Assembly (NCBI GenBank): GCA_963693365.1 | Contig: CAVNZM010000005.1 | Span: 11,927,728-11,991,727 of the forward strand | From: Amoebidium appalachense | Lineage: Eukaryota; Protista; Ichthyosporea | Direction: 5' to 3' | DNA: 64,000 nt | In this document: positions 1-45,056 of the stretch, in pieces | How the letters are laid out: the number at the start of each line of letters is the position of its first letter | Numbering within the stretch: position 1 is the stretch's first letter | Translations under genes and position numbers: made by a program | Notes under the pieces: model-generated | Database searches by the model: none | Seen by the model: the letters and a program-made list of their open reading frames with translations, nothing else | What the model was told of the DNA's origin: nothing

Positions 1-138
1 AAGGGGGGAGGGGCTCGGAGCTAGTACAAAACAGCTAGTCCAACATTCACGACGGACAGCAGAAATGCAGATTGCCAAGCACACACAGAGTATGCATCAC
101 AAGCACACAGCTCATTCTCAAGAGAGGGGAGGAGATAA

Positions 139-169
<31 letters not shown>

Positions 170-213
170 GCAAGTAACTCCAGGGGGGGGGTTAAATGCA
201 ACTGTGAAATTAC

Positions 214-17853
<17,640 letters not shown>

Positions 17854-19103
17854 CTGAAAGACAAGTACCATTTTGTTAGAAGATTGCGCAAATGGCGTCA
17901 CCATGGACAACAAAAGCAGCCGCAAGATACCCCGTGGGCCCCGGAAAGGGGGGGGGGGGGGGGGGGGGAGGGGGGGGGAGGTGGGGGGGTCATAAGAGTC
18001 GCGTAGGGACGATTGTAAAAAGATGGCTGAGAATGAACAGAAAAGAAAGCAGGAGGCACGAAGCGAGCGTGGTCGGATAAACGGGGTGTGAGGGGGTAGT
18101 ATAAGGGGACGGGGGCAGGGGGGTGGGTGGGGGGGGGGGGGGGGGATGCATCGGTGGGCAGATCTCGAGGAACATATTACCATGAGCACAAACCAAGTCT
18201 TTTCATCACCCTAAGCAGCATGAGAGTGTCATAAGCGGGAATAGGTGTAAACAGCAACACCAAGCTCTGCAGAGATAAAAGGGCCTCACAAGAGAAACTA
18301 GCATCACATCAGGCCTAGAACATGTATGCATATATGAGTGCAAGGCCCTGGGGTGCATGTGTTCTTATTGGGGCCCCGTTCCAGTTTCAACGAAAACACA
18401 TATGGAAGAGTAGTAGAAGCTGTAGTAACTCGGAACAACACATCGGTCAAGGGAAACATGCAGCGAGAGAAACCCCTGGTGCTCGAAGGGATGGGGGGAG
18501 ACCGCTAGCTTGGGGGGATGTTGACGTGGGGCACACACCTGTGTGGCAACCAGCTCAACGCTAGGTCAATAAAAAGCTAAAAATAGTATACTACTATACT
18601 CGGACGATTTCCTAAAAACATGCAACCCAGGTTGTTTGCGAGTGGATAGCGAAACTTTGACACGGGCGCGTGAACGGAACACAGCGGTTGGTCTAAAGGG
18701 GTGAAGGGAACCAATTAGAACGCAGGTTCGAATTTTCAGCTGAAATTTCGGTTTCTTCATGGATAATCGTGCAAATTTCATGCAAATTCATGCTCGGTCG
18801 CGGAAGGAGAGTTTCCCCTTGGGCCACACCCCTTTTGAATGGTAGTACGACTCTTGAATGCAACTTTGGTTGGTGACACTATGAGTGAGCTGAACACGTG
18901 AACACGTGTTGGCACAAAAGAACGCATGCACGGCGAGGCAAACAAACACCGCACACAGAGACCGGGCCTCCTAATATTAGACATGATTACCGACTTCAAC
19001 CTATGATATCTCAGAATTTGGGAGATAACAGATACCGATATTTTTCCATTGAATACGTAGTGCTTTGCTTCTTTTCTTTTTTTCACTCTTTTTTTTTTTT
19101 TTT

Positions 19104-19142
<39 letters not shown>

Positions 19143-19297
19143 AGTACATACATACCAAGGAGCACTATGTACACGTTAGAAGTTGAGAGGCTTTCACGTA
19201 ATTATAAGTTGAAGAAAATAGAAAGAACAAGAAGCCTCGGGTGAATTTTGAGAGAAGAAGGGGGGCGGGCGGAGGGCCCGTGGGGTGGGGGGGGGAA

Positions 19298-19348
<51 letters not shown>

Positions 19349-21146
19349 GAAGGGCACGATTCGTGCATATGCACGGGGCAAAATTTTGGCTGCTTCCTCC
19401 CTTCAACATGTGCACCCTATATTATCCTGAGGCTAATTCATATTCAGTGATATATGTATATATATATGAATATGCATTTCAAACATCCACACAAACAATA
19501 CCCCTTCCGGCCCGGGAAAAGCCTTATGGCATAGATGTCTGGTTGTTAAATGACGTAATCGCGGTCAATCGCGGATACATAAGAACGTTTTTCGAAGATC
19601 AAACAGATATATTCTCGAATTTTCTGCTGCGGCACTTGCACACAATATATCAGCTGACATTCACAAACCCACACTCACCTGCACACAGGTGAGTACTCAG
19701 TACGGTACTTTAACGCATGTGCACAAGAGTCTGGCACACAAATACCAAATATGGTTGCCTAGCCACACCCGATCATGTGTCGCCGCTGAGCAACTCAAAA
19801 GTCATCTGTACTTAGATGACCCCTTTGCGTTAAAACTTACCGCGAATATAACTTACGTATACATCTGCTTTAGCGCAGGCGGTTTGGACTAGACTCTGTT
19901 TTGGGTGGGTGTCATCCCCCCCCCCCCCCCCCCCCCCCCCCCCGTGCCCCCCCCCCCCCCCCCCCCCCCGGCCTCCCTTCCCACTACACACACACATACC
20001 CACACACACACACCACCACCGCCATCTCTCTCCCCCGGCCCCCCCTCCCCCCTTTCCCCCCTCCCCCCTCTCCCCCCCCCTCCCCCCACCCCCCCTCTCT
20101 CTCCCACGTATGTTTTCTTGATTGGCATCATTCGATTCCTCATAGCTACGTTTTAAAAATTCTCATACCGTGATAGCCGGTTTTCTCATTTTAGACATGT
20201 ATCCGTTATGTATGTTAGTTTTCATTCAATCCTTTTTCTTTCAGCATCAGATTACTCATCGGCAGATGCCATGATTTGAACTCGGCTTCTCAGGAAAGCG
20301 TTATAGTGTGCGAGAAAAAGTTAGCATGTGTAAAAGGACAATGCCTATACTGCTGCAGATCTCGAATGCTGTGAAGACTCGATTCGAGATCATATATCAT
20401 ATATGTGTACCCCAAAAAACTTTTGTAAACGCCTGACGTGCACTGCTGGGGTTATTGCGTAATATTTAAAGAGTTCGACTACGACCATCGATATCGACCA
20501 GCATATGTATATAGTAGAGGGAACCACCTGAGTATCATACCAAAAAAGTGTTTGTCAAACTATTTCAGGGGCCAGGTTTAAGGGTGACCAGTTAATAGGT
20601 GTGGCTTGAGTATAATTATGGAAGAGGCGCACGTGCATTGAAGATTGTTAGCATGGAAACTTTTATGTAATGCATCCAATAGTCACTTTCAGGGAAAAAA
20701 TTATACGGCTAACGTTTCTTCTTATGTTACTAATTTATCATTTGGAAAATGTGCACAGTCTTTACTAATTTCAAATAAGGTCGACACAGATCTGTGCAGG
20801 GTGTGCGAGTTTCCATTTGTGTGTATAATAAACGGCGCCGGGGTTTCTCGCCGAAAATTGAAAGTTTGTTGATGTCGCTAATTAAGCATCAAAAGTTTAC
20901 ATCCATAATAAAGCGCCCTTGCCTAAAAAGCCTTGGCAATATGATAGGCAGTACTTGGGGAAGGATAAAAATTTGGGGTGCAAAAAACGAGGAGAGGGAG
21001 AGGGAGGGCGAGGAAAAGAAAAAGAAAGAGAAACGAGCGAAATACTTCAGTGGTATCCTCACAAGCCCCCCCTCCCCCCCCCCCCCCCCCCCCACACACA
21101 CACCCCCCCCCCCCCCCTCTTCCCCCCCCCTCCCCCCAGCCCTCCT

Positions 21147-21190
<44 letters not shown>

Positions 21191-21808
21191 GGCAATTATG
21201 CTAACATTGGTGTTCGACAGCAGCATTCAAACGGTTGCCATTCCGTGACTATTGATCAAACAGAAGTAGTACAAATATCATGTGGCAATACGAGGTACAG
21301 GGTTTTGTCGACTTGCTAACAGTAATAATATACAGCTGGGTGCGTGTCACTGAGACTCATACTACTAGCTGCAGCTATATAAGCAATATAGCCTCTGCAC
21401 TGGTCTAAGATGCGTGAAAGAAGGCCTATGCTATTCTATGGGCACCACAATTTGTAACAAAATCTCACACCGAAGAAAATTGGTGTCTACATTTTGTTGT
21501 TTTAGATGGTACACAGCCCATAATACAACCCAATGAATATTGTACGCAAATTATCTGGAATCAACCGCCTTTCCGGCATTACAGTATACATTACGTTCTT
21601 TCATCATGGGGTATCTACTCCATATGCATGCCAATACACAAGTCGCAATCATATAGGAGCAAGGTGAAGCTCGACTTTCTATGGCATGCCGAAATATTAG
21701 GTGCATTTGCAATCCCATATCCCCCCCCCCCCCCCCCCCCCTCCCCACACACACACACACACACACACCCCTTCCCCAACCCACACAACAGCTTTGCTTG
21801 CTGCTCCC

Positions 21809-21839
<31 letters not shown>

Positions 21840-22116
21840 AAAAAAAAAAATGAAAGAAAGAAAGCAAAAGAAAGAAACGAAAGGAAAGCCCCAACTGCCA
21901 CGGCACATGTTTTCTGTTGAAAAACAAAATCTTACCCTTTAACGTAAAATTAAAAAGCATGGCCTATACAAAGAAAGAATCTCAAGTTTGCAACAACCGC
22001 CTCATTAAATGCACAAGGCACGGTTAAGTATGAGCACCACAAAACTTGGCGGTGTGTTCCAGTGTAACCTTGAGCAAAACATAGCCCCAGTTCAATAAAG
22101 GAAAATGGCCAAGTGT

Positions 22117-23446
22117 CTACAGAGCTCCACCCCTTGACATAGACAGAGACATAAGACTTCCGCTTCCGAGAGAGCCTGTCTTGGGGCTGACCGGGAAGTG
22201 CTCCTGACTCGTGTGCATGTCTTGGTGGCTGTTGGATTTGGGATCCCCAGATGATGCCCTTTGCCTAAGTAGTTTCATAGGTTTGATCCTATCCATACTG
22301 CCCTGAAGAGAGCTGAAGGAGGGTGAAAATGGTGAGTGGGTGAAATGTGTTTTGTTTTATCTCACCAATGTTTCGCTTTTTCTAGTGGTTGATTATTAAG
22401 ACCATAAATTGTTTTCTTCTGCTTTTAGCACACATGTGTGAGTGTGTGCAAGGTTTGTGTGGAGGCTAGGTGTGCAATGGTGAACGGGTGTTCTGCATAG
22501 GTGCTCTTATCATGTTTTGCTTTTTTTAGTAATTGGTTATAAAGACGATGATTTTTTTTTTTTCCCCCCCGAGCTCGCATGTGTGAGTGTGTGCACTTGT
22601 CCCCAATACTTCCCTTTTCTAGTGGTTGGTTACCAAGGCAATGCATCCCTTTTTCCCTCTGAGCGCACGTGTGCAAGTGCACTTCTTTGTGCGTGTGTGT
22701 GTGTTGTGGGGGGAAGGGGGGGGGGGGGGGGGGGGGGGGGGGACATAGCATGGACTAGAATTAACGAAAGGGGATTAGCTCTTTTTCAATGCCTGCCCCC
22801 CCTCCCCCCCCCTCCCTCCCCCCCCATCTCATATACCGCTTTCTAGGGCCCCATTTTATTTCCCTCCCCCCGTTCCTTCCCACACTGCCTGCCATGCAAA
22901 AAAACACGAGGATATGAAATTTCTCTTCGGGGTTTCATCCTTTTCCATTCCAGATGGCACAGAAGGGCTGGGGAGAGGAGAGGGGGTGGAGAGGAGGGGA
23001 GAGAGGGGGGAAAGGGAAGGGGGAAGGGGAAAGGAGGAGGGAGGGGGAGAAGGGGGGGAGGGGAGGGGGAGGGGGGATGTAAAAAACATGGCATAAGCAC
23101 GAAACGGGCACCCAAAATACACACACAGGCCACACTTGAGTAGATCCCATCACCGGCGTTTGTGTGTGTATGTGTGTTTTGGGGGGGTGCGGGCAAAGGG
23201 ATTGGGTGGTGGTGGTGGTGGTGGTGGCGGTGTGTGTGTGTGCGTGTGTGCGTGTGTGTGTGGTTGGGGGGGGGGGGGGGGGGGGGGTTGAATGCGGAAC
23301 ACGGTACGAAGTAAAAATACACGACGAGAAGCATGGTGCAGGACACATGCAAAAGCAAAAATTCAAGTATGCAACATCAGCCATGCGCAAAGTATGCGTC
23401 ATAAGCAGAGCCCATCCTCAGGGAGGGTGGGGTGAGGGGGTGGGGT

Positions 23447-23491
<45 letters not shown>

Positions 23492-25128
23492 AGGGGGTAT
23501 ATCATACTGTTTGAAGTGAGTGAAGCTGCTTGAACGGCCGACAACCCCTTGGTCACTTTCATCTTCACTGAAAAAAGCTGGGCCCGAGATAGTCTTGTAT
23601 TTGTCCAGCCTGCGTACGTGTGTGTGTGTGTGTGTGTGTGTGCGTGTGTGTGTGTGTGGTCCAGATATATGCGGATGTGATGTGCAGGAAGAGGCACAAT
23701 TATTTAATGGGTAGCTCAGAAAACTGATTGTGTGTGTGTAGGGAGGGAGGGGGGGGGGGGGGGGTTGCATACTACTCCGGTTGAAACATGCGGAAACTGT
23801 GGGAGTGCCGGTGTGGAGCCCTTTGTGTATGTGCGGGTAGGGGGTGGGGGGGGGGGGGGGGGGTGGGGGGATGGGTGGGTGGGTGGGTGGGTGTGGGGGG
23901 AGGGGGGGGGGGGGGAGAGTATTGCACACAATGCCTACGTACAAAGAGAACAAGGGTGTATGTCGTACGCGAGACAAAACAGATGAATAATACATACACC
24001 AAAAAGCTGTTGCTAGTGGTTAGAAGGGAGCACCCGGGGGAGAGGGGGGAGGGAGGGACGGGGGAGCAGGGGGATTGGTGGGTGGGAGTGCATGAGAGAG
24101 AATAAAATTTAAAATAAACACATTCACGACGGACGACTCAACCCAGTTTTTGCGCTGGCGCGGGGGGAAGGGGGAGGGGGGAGGGGGGAGGGGGCGGGGG
24201 GATAGAATATGCTACAGACAACAAAGTACACACTCATGACAGATAACACAATATAATATACGAGTTATGAGCAGAGCCCATCAACACCGAGGGGAGAGGG
24301 GGGAGGGGAGAGAGGGGGGAGGAGGGGGGAGGAGGGGATGTATGCATTAGAGGGTTGAAGTATGGAGGATGAGACACCGTCAAACTCAACACGGGGGGGG
24401 GGGGGGGGGGGGGGGGGGAGGGATGTTATGTACCTCTTAGCCTTCTTAGTCTTCTTCCCTTTACGTGCCGACGGATTTAGCAATACCTCCAGCTGGGCTT
24501 GCACCACCTCTTCGCTCTCATGGGGTGTCCCGTCTGCGTTGGTCACATCCGGAAGAGAGTTGGAACGCTTAATACCACCGGGGACACTAGAAATAGAACC
24601 AATGTTAGATGATGTGGCTATTTATAGGAGTATAATTTTAAAGAGAAACAGAATAGAGGGCAGGTTGAGTAGAGCACTTGAAACCGTTGCTGGAGCGCTC
24701 GAAACTGCTATCGCTGTTGTTTTATATGAGAAATATACTTATCGTGTTGAATATTGTACCATAAGTACGTACGGTGATCAATAATGTGACTGATTATATA
24801 GGATCAGGGGTGGTGTGAACAAAAGAAGCTTCAGAAGTCCGGGATGCCATTTATAATGAGCACTGGTAGCTGCTGGTGACTGGTGCTGCTACTAAAAATA
24901 GCCAACACCACTAAAGATAGACCATGATAGCAGCGACGTGCCAGGGTAGATGGTGGTAGAGCAGGTACGGTGGGTCATTATCACACACGAAATCTAGCAG
25001 TGTGGGTTTCGTTGTCTTTGCTATGTGTGAGTGCAAATTACAATGCGGTAAATACTTCTTTACGTTACACTATTGAACGCTGTTGGTAAACCTGGTAACA
25101 GTTACGCGGTCTAATGGCTGGTAAGAGT

Positions 25129-25181
<53 letters not shown>

Positions 25182-27997
25182 GGAGGGGGGGGGAAAGGGG
25201 CGAGGGGGGGGAAGAAGTAGGAGGGGGAGGAGGGGGGGGAGGGGTGGGCGCAGTGGTTGGTCGTAGCCTAAAGGTTAGAGGATTGCAACACTGAAAACCA
25301 GAGACATGAAAACCACGAAGATAAAACACAAAACTGAAATCTATACTATAACACATGCAGAGAAAACTTGGACAGAGCCCATCGTCAGTGAGGGTCGACT
25401 CCTATGCCACCAGGGAGAAGAGAATTCACTATGAGAGGGCTACTTGAGCCAAGAAATGATATGGATTAAAGGAAGACTTTTGGGAGATAGGGGATCAAAA
25501 GGGGATGGGCATGGGGGAAAGGGTGAAGGAGGGGGGGGGGAGGGGAGAGTATGCATTGGGTTGTTGGAAGTACTGGAGGATACATCAGAGGACAAAACAT
25601 AAAGCGTCACAAAAATTCAAAAACCAGAAATCAAACATTCAAAAAGAAAAAATATTCAGAGAAGGAAGGAGAAAAGGTAGGCACAGAATTAAAACAGAAA
25701 AAATAACAAAGTGCAACTAGGGAGGCAAAAGGGAGGTAATAGCAATCGCGGGGAAAAAACAAACAAACCCACCTCTTCTTTTCCATCTGAGGGCCGCCAC
25801 CAACAAGCTCATTCCTCAGAGCCCCCATATTCCTAGGCATTGCTATCCCAGCCGCAGACAGTACGGAACCCGGGGAGTCCGCGCTCGAACGGCGCCTCTG
25901 CGCTTGTTCCCTTGCCGCCATCGCAATCGCGTGATCGACTTCAGAAAAATCTGATTTGCGATCTTCGCCCGAAACGTTCATGTTGAGAATTTCGTCAAAG
26001 TCTGACAGAACGTCCTTTGACGTTTTCTTGCGGATGCTCCCACCGGACGCGCGACCAAACATGTGTTTTATCATGCTCTTGTCGGCCGAACGCGAGTGCA
26101 AGGTGTTGGTGGCGAACGAATCGCTGGAAACTGAAAGCGAGGGCAGGCCTCGTTTTGGCTGATGAGGGGATGTTTCGCCTAGAATGGGCGTGCGTTGCGT
26201 TTGGGGAATCGCAGTGTCTGCCGCCTGGGTTGAAGGGGTTACAAAATAGTCAAAAGAGCCGGTCGGCGGCGGCGTCATTGGGGGGATAAGATTTGCGACG
26301 GCTGGAACTGGAATTGTGTTGTTGAAATTCGCGGGGATCTCTTGTTTGCGATCTATTTTGTTGGGCAGATCCGGCAGATCGCGGTCTATGGAAGTGACCC
26401 AGCCGGGGGTGGGGAGTGGGTCGACGTCTATGGATTCGCCTTCCCAGTGGTTGTATTTCGTCAATCCCTTTCCGCCTTTAGTGGATGTGAGAACCCTGCA
26501 TGGGGCAAGTGTTATTATAAATGTGTGTTTGTGGTGGAGAGGAGCACGTGAAAGAGTGAGTTTGAAGCGGCACACAAAAAGCTGAGTGATGCTAATCAAA
26601 ATCTTTCATACAGAATCGACAATTTTTAGAGACTCTGTGTAAGTTCCAGTAGCAAGGTATGGGTTGGGGTGATGGCAAGAGGGCAGGTTCGGTGGGACTG
26701 GGGGAGAGGGGGAGGGAGGGGGGGGGGGGGGGGGGGGGGGAGGGGGGGGGGAGGGGGAGGAGGGGGAAGGAGGAAGGAAGCATGGCGCGGAACTTGTTAT
26801 GGAATAAGGAAGGAAAAGCAGTGTGTGCGTGTGGGTGCTCTGCAAGACCATGGAAATATGCCGGGCAGTTCAGGCAGGAAAACAGGCATAGAGGCATACG
26901 ACAAGATACGTTGTCAGCTTTAACAACGGGACGATAAAAAAAAATAAACCCGGACAAGGGAAGGAAACATATGGGAAAAGTATGACATGCATACGACATT
27001 TTACGTTGCTGGTTGACTATAGCCAGTGCTTGTCTGTGTGCGTGCGTGTCTGTGTGTGTATGTCTGTGTGCGGGCGCGCGGGCGTGTGCCCGCAACTGAA
27101 TGGGTATGTGTATGTGTCTGTGCCTGTTTGGGTGAGAGTTCACGTGTGTGCATCTGTGTCTGCTTGAGTGTGTGAATGCTAGTTTATCTACATGTGTTAT
27201 TTATGTGTGCGGTGTATTTCTGTGTGTATATTTTGTACATGTATGTGGAAAAGGCAAGGTTGAAGGGTTTGAAAGAAGAGGAATTACAACTCTTCGTCCT
27301 GTCCAGCCACACCGTTGGGTGCCCCTTTCGCCCACACACCATCTGCACCCGTCATTTCCATGTTCGAAGCTGCACCGAGTTTCTGTCTCTGTCTTCGATT
27401 CCTCTGCTTAAAGAACACCAGCAACATCACAACGAGCATCATAGCCAGCACTCCCCCGAGAACGATTGCCAAAATATCCGACCATTCTAACCCGTGCATA
27501 CTGCGCCTCAAGTCAAAACCCCCCGCTACTGCCTTGTCGGCGCTCGATGTTGAACATGACACGTTTCTCTGTGTGTACACAACGAAGGAACCAGGTTGTG
27601 TCATCTGTCGAGAATCGACCGTCAGGAGGTACTTTCCCGGCTCACAGCACCCACCGCATCCTTGCAAAGGTACCGTTTGTGACGCGTACGTTACTCGTTC
27701 TGATGCTCCAACGATTTTCCAACCAGAGGCCCCTTGCTGTAAAAGCACCAAACGTGTGCCTACGGGTCCTGCATAATGGGCGGCAGCAGCGTGCTGTTCT
27801 GATATCTGCACTTGTTTTGCGACTATGGGCATGTTTGTCTTTTGCGTGATGGAGCCTACATCTTGGTCACATGGTGTGCCGCCCGTACAGGATAGCGGTG
27901 GGGGTGGCAGCTGCGCTTGTCTACCCACCCGGGAAGAGACGGCCGGGGGAATGTTTGTGTGCGGCATTTGTTCTGTGAATCCTTTAACGGGGTGCAT
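22117..27997 (-). CDS. Single-pass membrane protein of unknown function with Cys-containing ectodomain and long Ser/Pro-rich cytoplasmic tail
   Basis: Exons 27997-27288, 26495-25773, (small exon near 24713-24678 possible), 24586-24434, 23609-23508, 22312-22117 join in phase 2 throughout and end in TAG. TM helix ILAIVLGGVLAMMLVVMLLVFF followed by KQRNRRQRQK. No signal peptide seen, so an upstream exon may be missing. Confidence 0.7.
23287..23423 (-). repeat. Copy of the dispersed intronic element
   Basis: Shares CCCTGAGGATGGGCTCTGCTTAT exactly with the 14.2-kb copy, plus ACTTCGTAC and GCATTCAA before a C-run. Confidence 0.75.
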
Positions 27998-29004
27998 GTG
28001 TTGTATATATATATATATACCTAATAGTGTGAAGAGTTTCTTATAAATTGAAAACTGGCCCGATGGCCTTTAACAATCTGAGCGAAAAAGTGTTTCGTTT
28101 CAATTGCTGAAGTCTAGCGTGTGAAGTTTACCGCAGGAAGGATGGACGTGAAGTGCTATGGCTGAGTGTACTCCAGTGCTAGTTCCTAAAACAACAAAAA
28201 ATATTCCGCCAAACTTCTTGCCAGTCCTTCCTTCTTACGACTCGGCAGCCTGCTTATTACCACTAACCTATCAGTCAAAGATTCCAAAATACACCTTTGG
28301 CCCTCAGCTGCAGGGGAGTGAAAGCAATTGCGAGTAAAGTTGTCTCGATATCTCAGAGTATGGAAGAATGGGTTTGACCCCTGTTCCGTGGTGCATTCAT
28401 TTGTTCGCAAAGGGCTCGTTTACTATTCTTCCCATATACATAGCCTAACATAAGACAACGCTGAAAGTGCAGGAAAGCACAAAAAACATCACCACAGCTT
28501 ACAGTAAAATGACTCACTATCTTGTCACCGGGTGCGTGCGTCTGTGTCAAATGGTGGCTGCAGCCTGCTTTCAGTTACGAGTTTTTAGAGAGACCAATCA
28601 TCTGTCTCCGTTCCACTAAATTTAATGATGGAACGCTTGGAATGCGTAGCCTACCAATCAAACGGCGATTTCTTAGTCCCCGAGCCAGAAACTTCCTGGA
28701 CATCAAAATTGACACGACATGGAAGGCGTGTGCACATGTGTGATGACCACGTGCATGCGTGTCACACACAGTGGGCACATACAGTACTACACTGGGCAGG
28801 CAGGCATACAGGCTATGAGTCCTGTTCGAGAAAACCACGTGCAGACAATGACATTCACCTACATGCTCTTAGTAGACCTGACTCACACTCGCAGGAGGCC
28901 TCTCCGATATCGATGTGAGCAGTCTCTTGCGAGGGGCTGTCCCCTTTACCCCCTCCTCTGCCAACAGCCCCCTTCCCTCTTTCTTTTCGCTCGAGGGATC
29001 AACC

Positions 29005-29035
<31 letters not shown>

Positions 29036-29099
29036 AAATAAAATAAAAAAAATTATTGAGAGGGCCCGTCCCCCGTCACCCAACCGTTTCGTGACACCC

Positions 29100-29434
29100 C
29101 ACACACACGTGACACACAAACACTAAACACACACACACGCACGCACACGCACGCACACACGCACACACACACACACACACACAAACACATACACACAGAA
29201 CCACACACACGCACGCGCACACACACAGTGTCACACACACACACACACATACACACACACACACACACACCACACACACACCACACACATTTGCAAACAC
29301 ACACACATGCGAACACACGCACACACATACACACACGCACACCTGCACACAGACACACACACACACGCACGCACACACACACACATACTAGTACTTGCAC
29401 ACATACACACACTGTGTGCGCGCACACACAGACA

Positions 29435-29485
<51 letters not shown>

Positions 29486-29571
29486 GCACGCATACACACA
29501 CGCACACACGCACACATACACAGCCACACACACACACACACACACATACAGTCACACACACACACACACGT

Positions 29572-29645
<74 letters not shown>

Positions 29646-29660
29646 GCACACACAAACACA
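29100..29660. repeat. Degenerate (CA)n/(GCAC)n tract, about 560 bp, intergenic
   Basis: Directly visible. Confidence 0.92.
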
Positions 29661-30125
29661 GCACCTCAGCACCTCATAAATTGTTTACGGGTACACATGT
29701 ACTGAAAACATGCATCCGTACAACCGTATTTACGGGCAGAAAAATACTGGAACGTATCGACAAAATCAAAGGGGGTGGGGAGGGGGGAGGAGGGGGAGGG
29801 GGTAGCTGAGGTGACTAGGAGGAAACTAAATGTAAATCGGCAGGCTGGGCAGATCTCATTTATTTACACAATACATAACGGTAACATAGTTGTTGTCTGA
29901 TTGGTTCTGAGGTATTACTAAACACGGACTCCTGTGGGAAAATAAGCACATTCAAAATCACGAAGAGCCAAGGGAGATTAAAAAGGGTAAAGAGCTTGTT
30001 ACTAAAACACATATACGTGGAAGGCCATTTTCTTCATCATTTCGCCACCGGGTCCCTGCCCCATGTCCTATGACTACCAACACCAAAAACGCATTGCTGC
30101 CGGGGTACTGGTTTGGCAATCACGG

Positions 30126-32793
<2,668 letters not shown>

Positions 32794-33598
32794 AGTGCTT
32801 TTGCACAACTCTCATACGGTTCTCATTGCTTTCTTCTTCTACAAATGTAGCAACTTCTGTGCAGCTCGAGTTTTCTAAACACGTGCACGTGCACGCCTTA
32901 TGCGCATGCATAAAGTTTGACGTGGGTGAAATGTAGTAGGGGCGTGTCGTAGTGTGTGTAACTGTGGTAGTAGCTTGTAGAGTTCAGATACTTCACTGGT
33001 TAACAGGAAATGTGTTAATATTTACACTGCATATCAAAATGAGCCTTGCTACTTTTTATGGAAACGCAGGCAAAAAAAACGTCTAGGGCAGAGCGTCACA
33101 TTGCCTCAGCAAACACTGCAGTGTGCACGAAGTGAAATCTGATGATTATATACCAGGAATGGAATGTTGCGCACAAGGTTATTGGCTAACTGTCCTGGTA
33201 AGATTAGCGCGTGATAGATACCCAATTGTATTCTGCTTATCATTGAGTTATCAGAACAAGATCTATGTTTGCTTTTTACTTACGATCATGAATCATGAGC
33301 CACAATCGATTGTAAATTTGTGAGCCACCGGCGATTTTGGCCAAGCTTACGCAAAACTACATCGGTTTGACGGGCGCCGTCATCCCAAAGAAGAAAGGGA
33401 AGAGAAGATACTTGGGAGTTCGGAGCTTTGACGAACCGTAGCTTTCTTTTTTGAACTCCCCAACATAGATTAGAAGAATTTTTTTTAAACAGTACATTGC
33501 TATATTCTTTTAGCAGCATCCCTACCTGAAGATATAGAAAGAAATCTAAAGACTCCCCCCTCTCCCCTCTCCCCCCCTCCCAACAACACGATTGCAAC

Positions 33599-43928
<10,330 letters not shown>

Positions 43929-43977
43929 TGCTTGTGCGTGTGTGCGTGTCCGTGTGTGTGTGTGTGTGTGCGTGTCC

Positions 43978-44012
<35 letters not shown>

Positions 44013-44022
44013 CGCGTCTGTG

Positions 44023-44086
<64 letters not shown>

Positions 44087-45024
44087 CTCGCTTGTGTGTG
44101 TGTCTTTTGAAGGGGGGGGGGGGGGGGGGGGGGGGGGGGTGGAACTTTGCGCAGGCATTTGTGTTAATTCCTCTGCGTGTGTTTGGGTGTGGATGCGGGC
44201 CTAGGTGCATTTATGTTGTTTTTCTGATGTGTATCTTGTATAAGACTGGTGTGTGAGTCCTTACTTAAAATCATGTGATCGTAGGCTTCATGTTTGGCTG
44301 TCTGGACATCTAGATATGTGCTGAGGCTGACAAGATTTTGGTGTAGGTTGGTTGCGGGCGGCTGGGTGGGGGGCGGGGCGGGGGGTTAGGGGGGAAGGAT
44401 TCTTGATGATAGAAAATCCTTTGGTGCTTAACTTAAACGTGGATATAATTGAACTTTTAGAAACGTGTATCTGATACTCGATATCTGGCGAATGAGCAAA
44501 CCCATCGTGAATGATTGCCATATGGAACGGAAGAGTAGGAACGAATGACAATAAACACCGTGTGACGGGCAATATTATGATATTCTGGTAATGACCACCT
44601 TGTGCACGAGGTCCAAATGCCTCGTGGTTTGTGTATGGCTTGTGTGTGTGTGCATGAACTCGCGGGCACTTTTGGAAGAATGGGGGGGGGGGAATGCCAT
44701 TGTTGAGGATTTAAGGTGTTGCAAGAGCGCCAAATCCTTTTGATGAGATTAAAAATATATATTTGCTTTAATAGCTTACTTTAGGTATATACCACAATCA
44801 TGATGTGTCTGGCACTGCTGTGTTGGCCCATGATGGCCTATAGCTATGTGCATGTTTGCACGTGTGCCCAGTGGGCACCCTTGCGGCATACGTAACTGCG
44901 TGAGGTGTGCCTGCATGTGCCTTATCCGTGCATATGTGGCTGAATATTCGACCAACAGGTGGGTGGCCTTGGTGTGAGTGTGTTGGTGCCATGGGTTACG
45001 TAACGGCAAAGGAGCAAATGGAAA

Positions 45025-45056
<32 letters not shown>

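Noticed and set aside
18682-18742. tRNA-like A box (TGGTCTAAAGG) and B box (GGTTCGAAT)
   Set aside because: Spacing is too short and the T-stem and anticodon arm do not pair; at most a decayed tRNA/SINE head.
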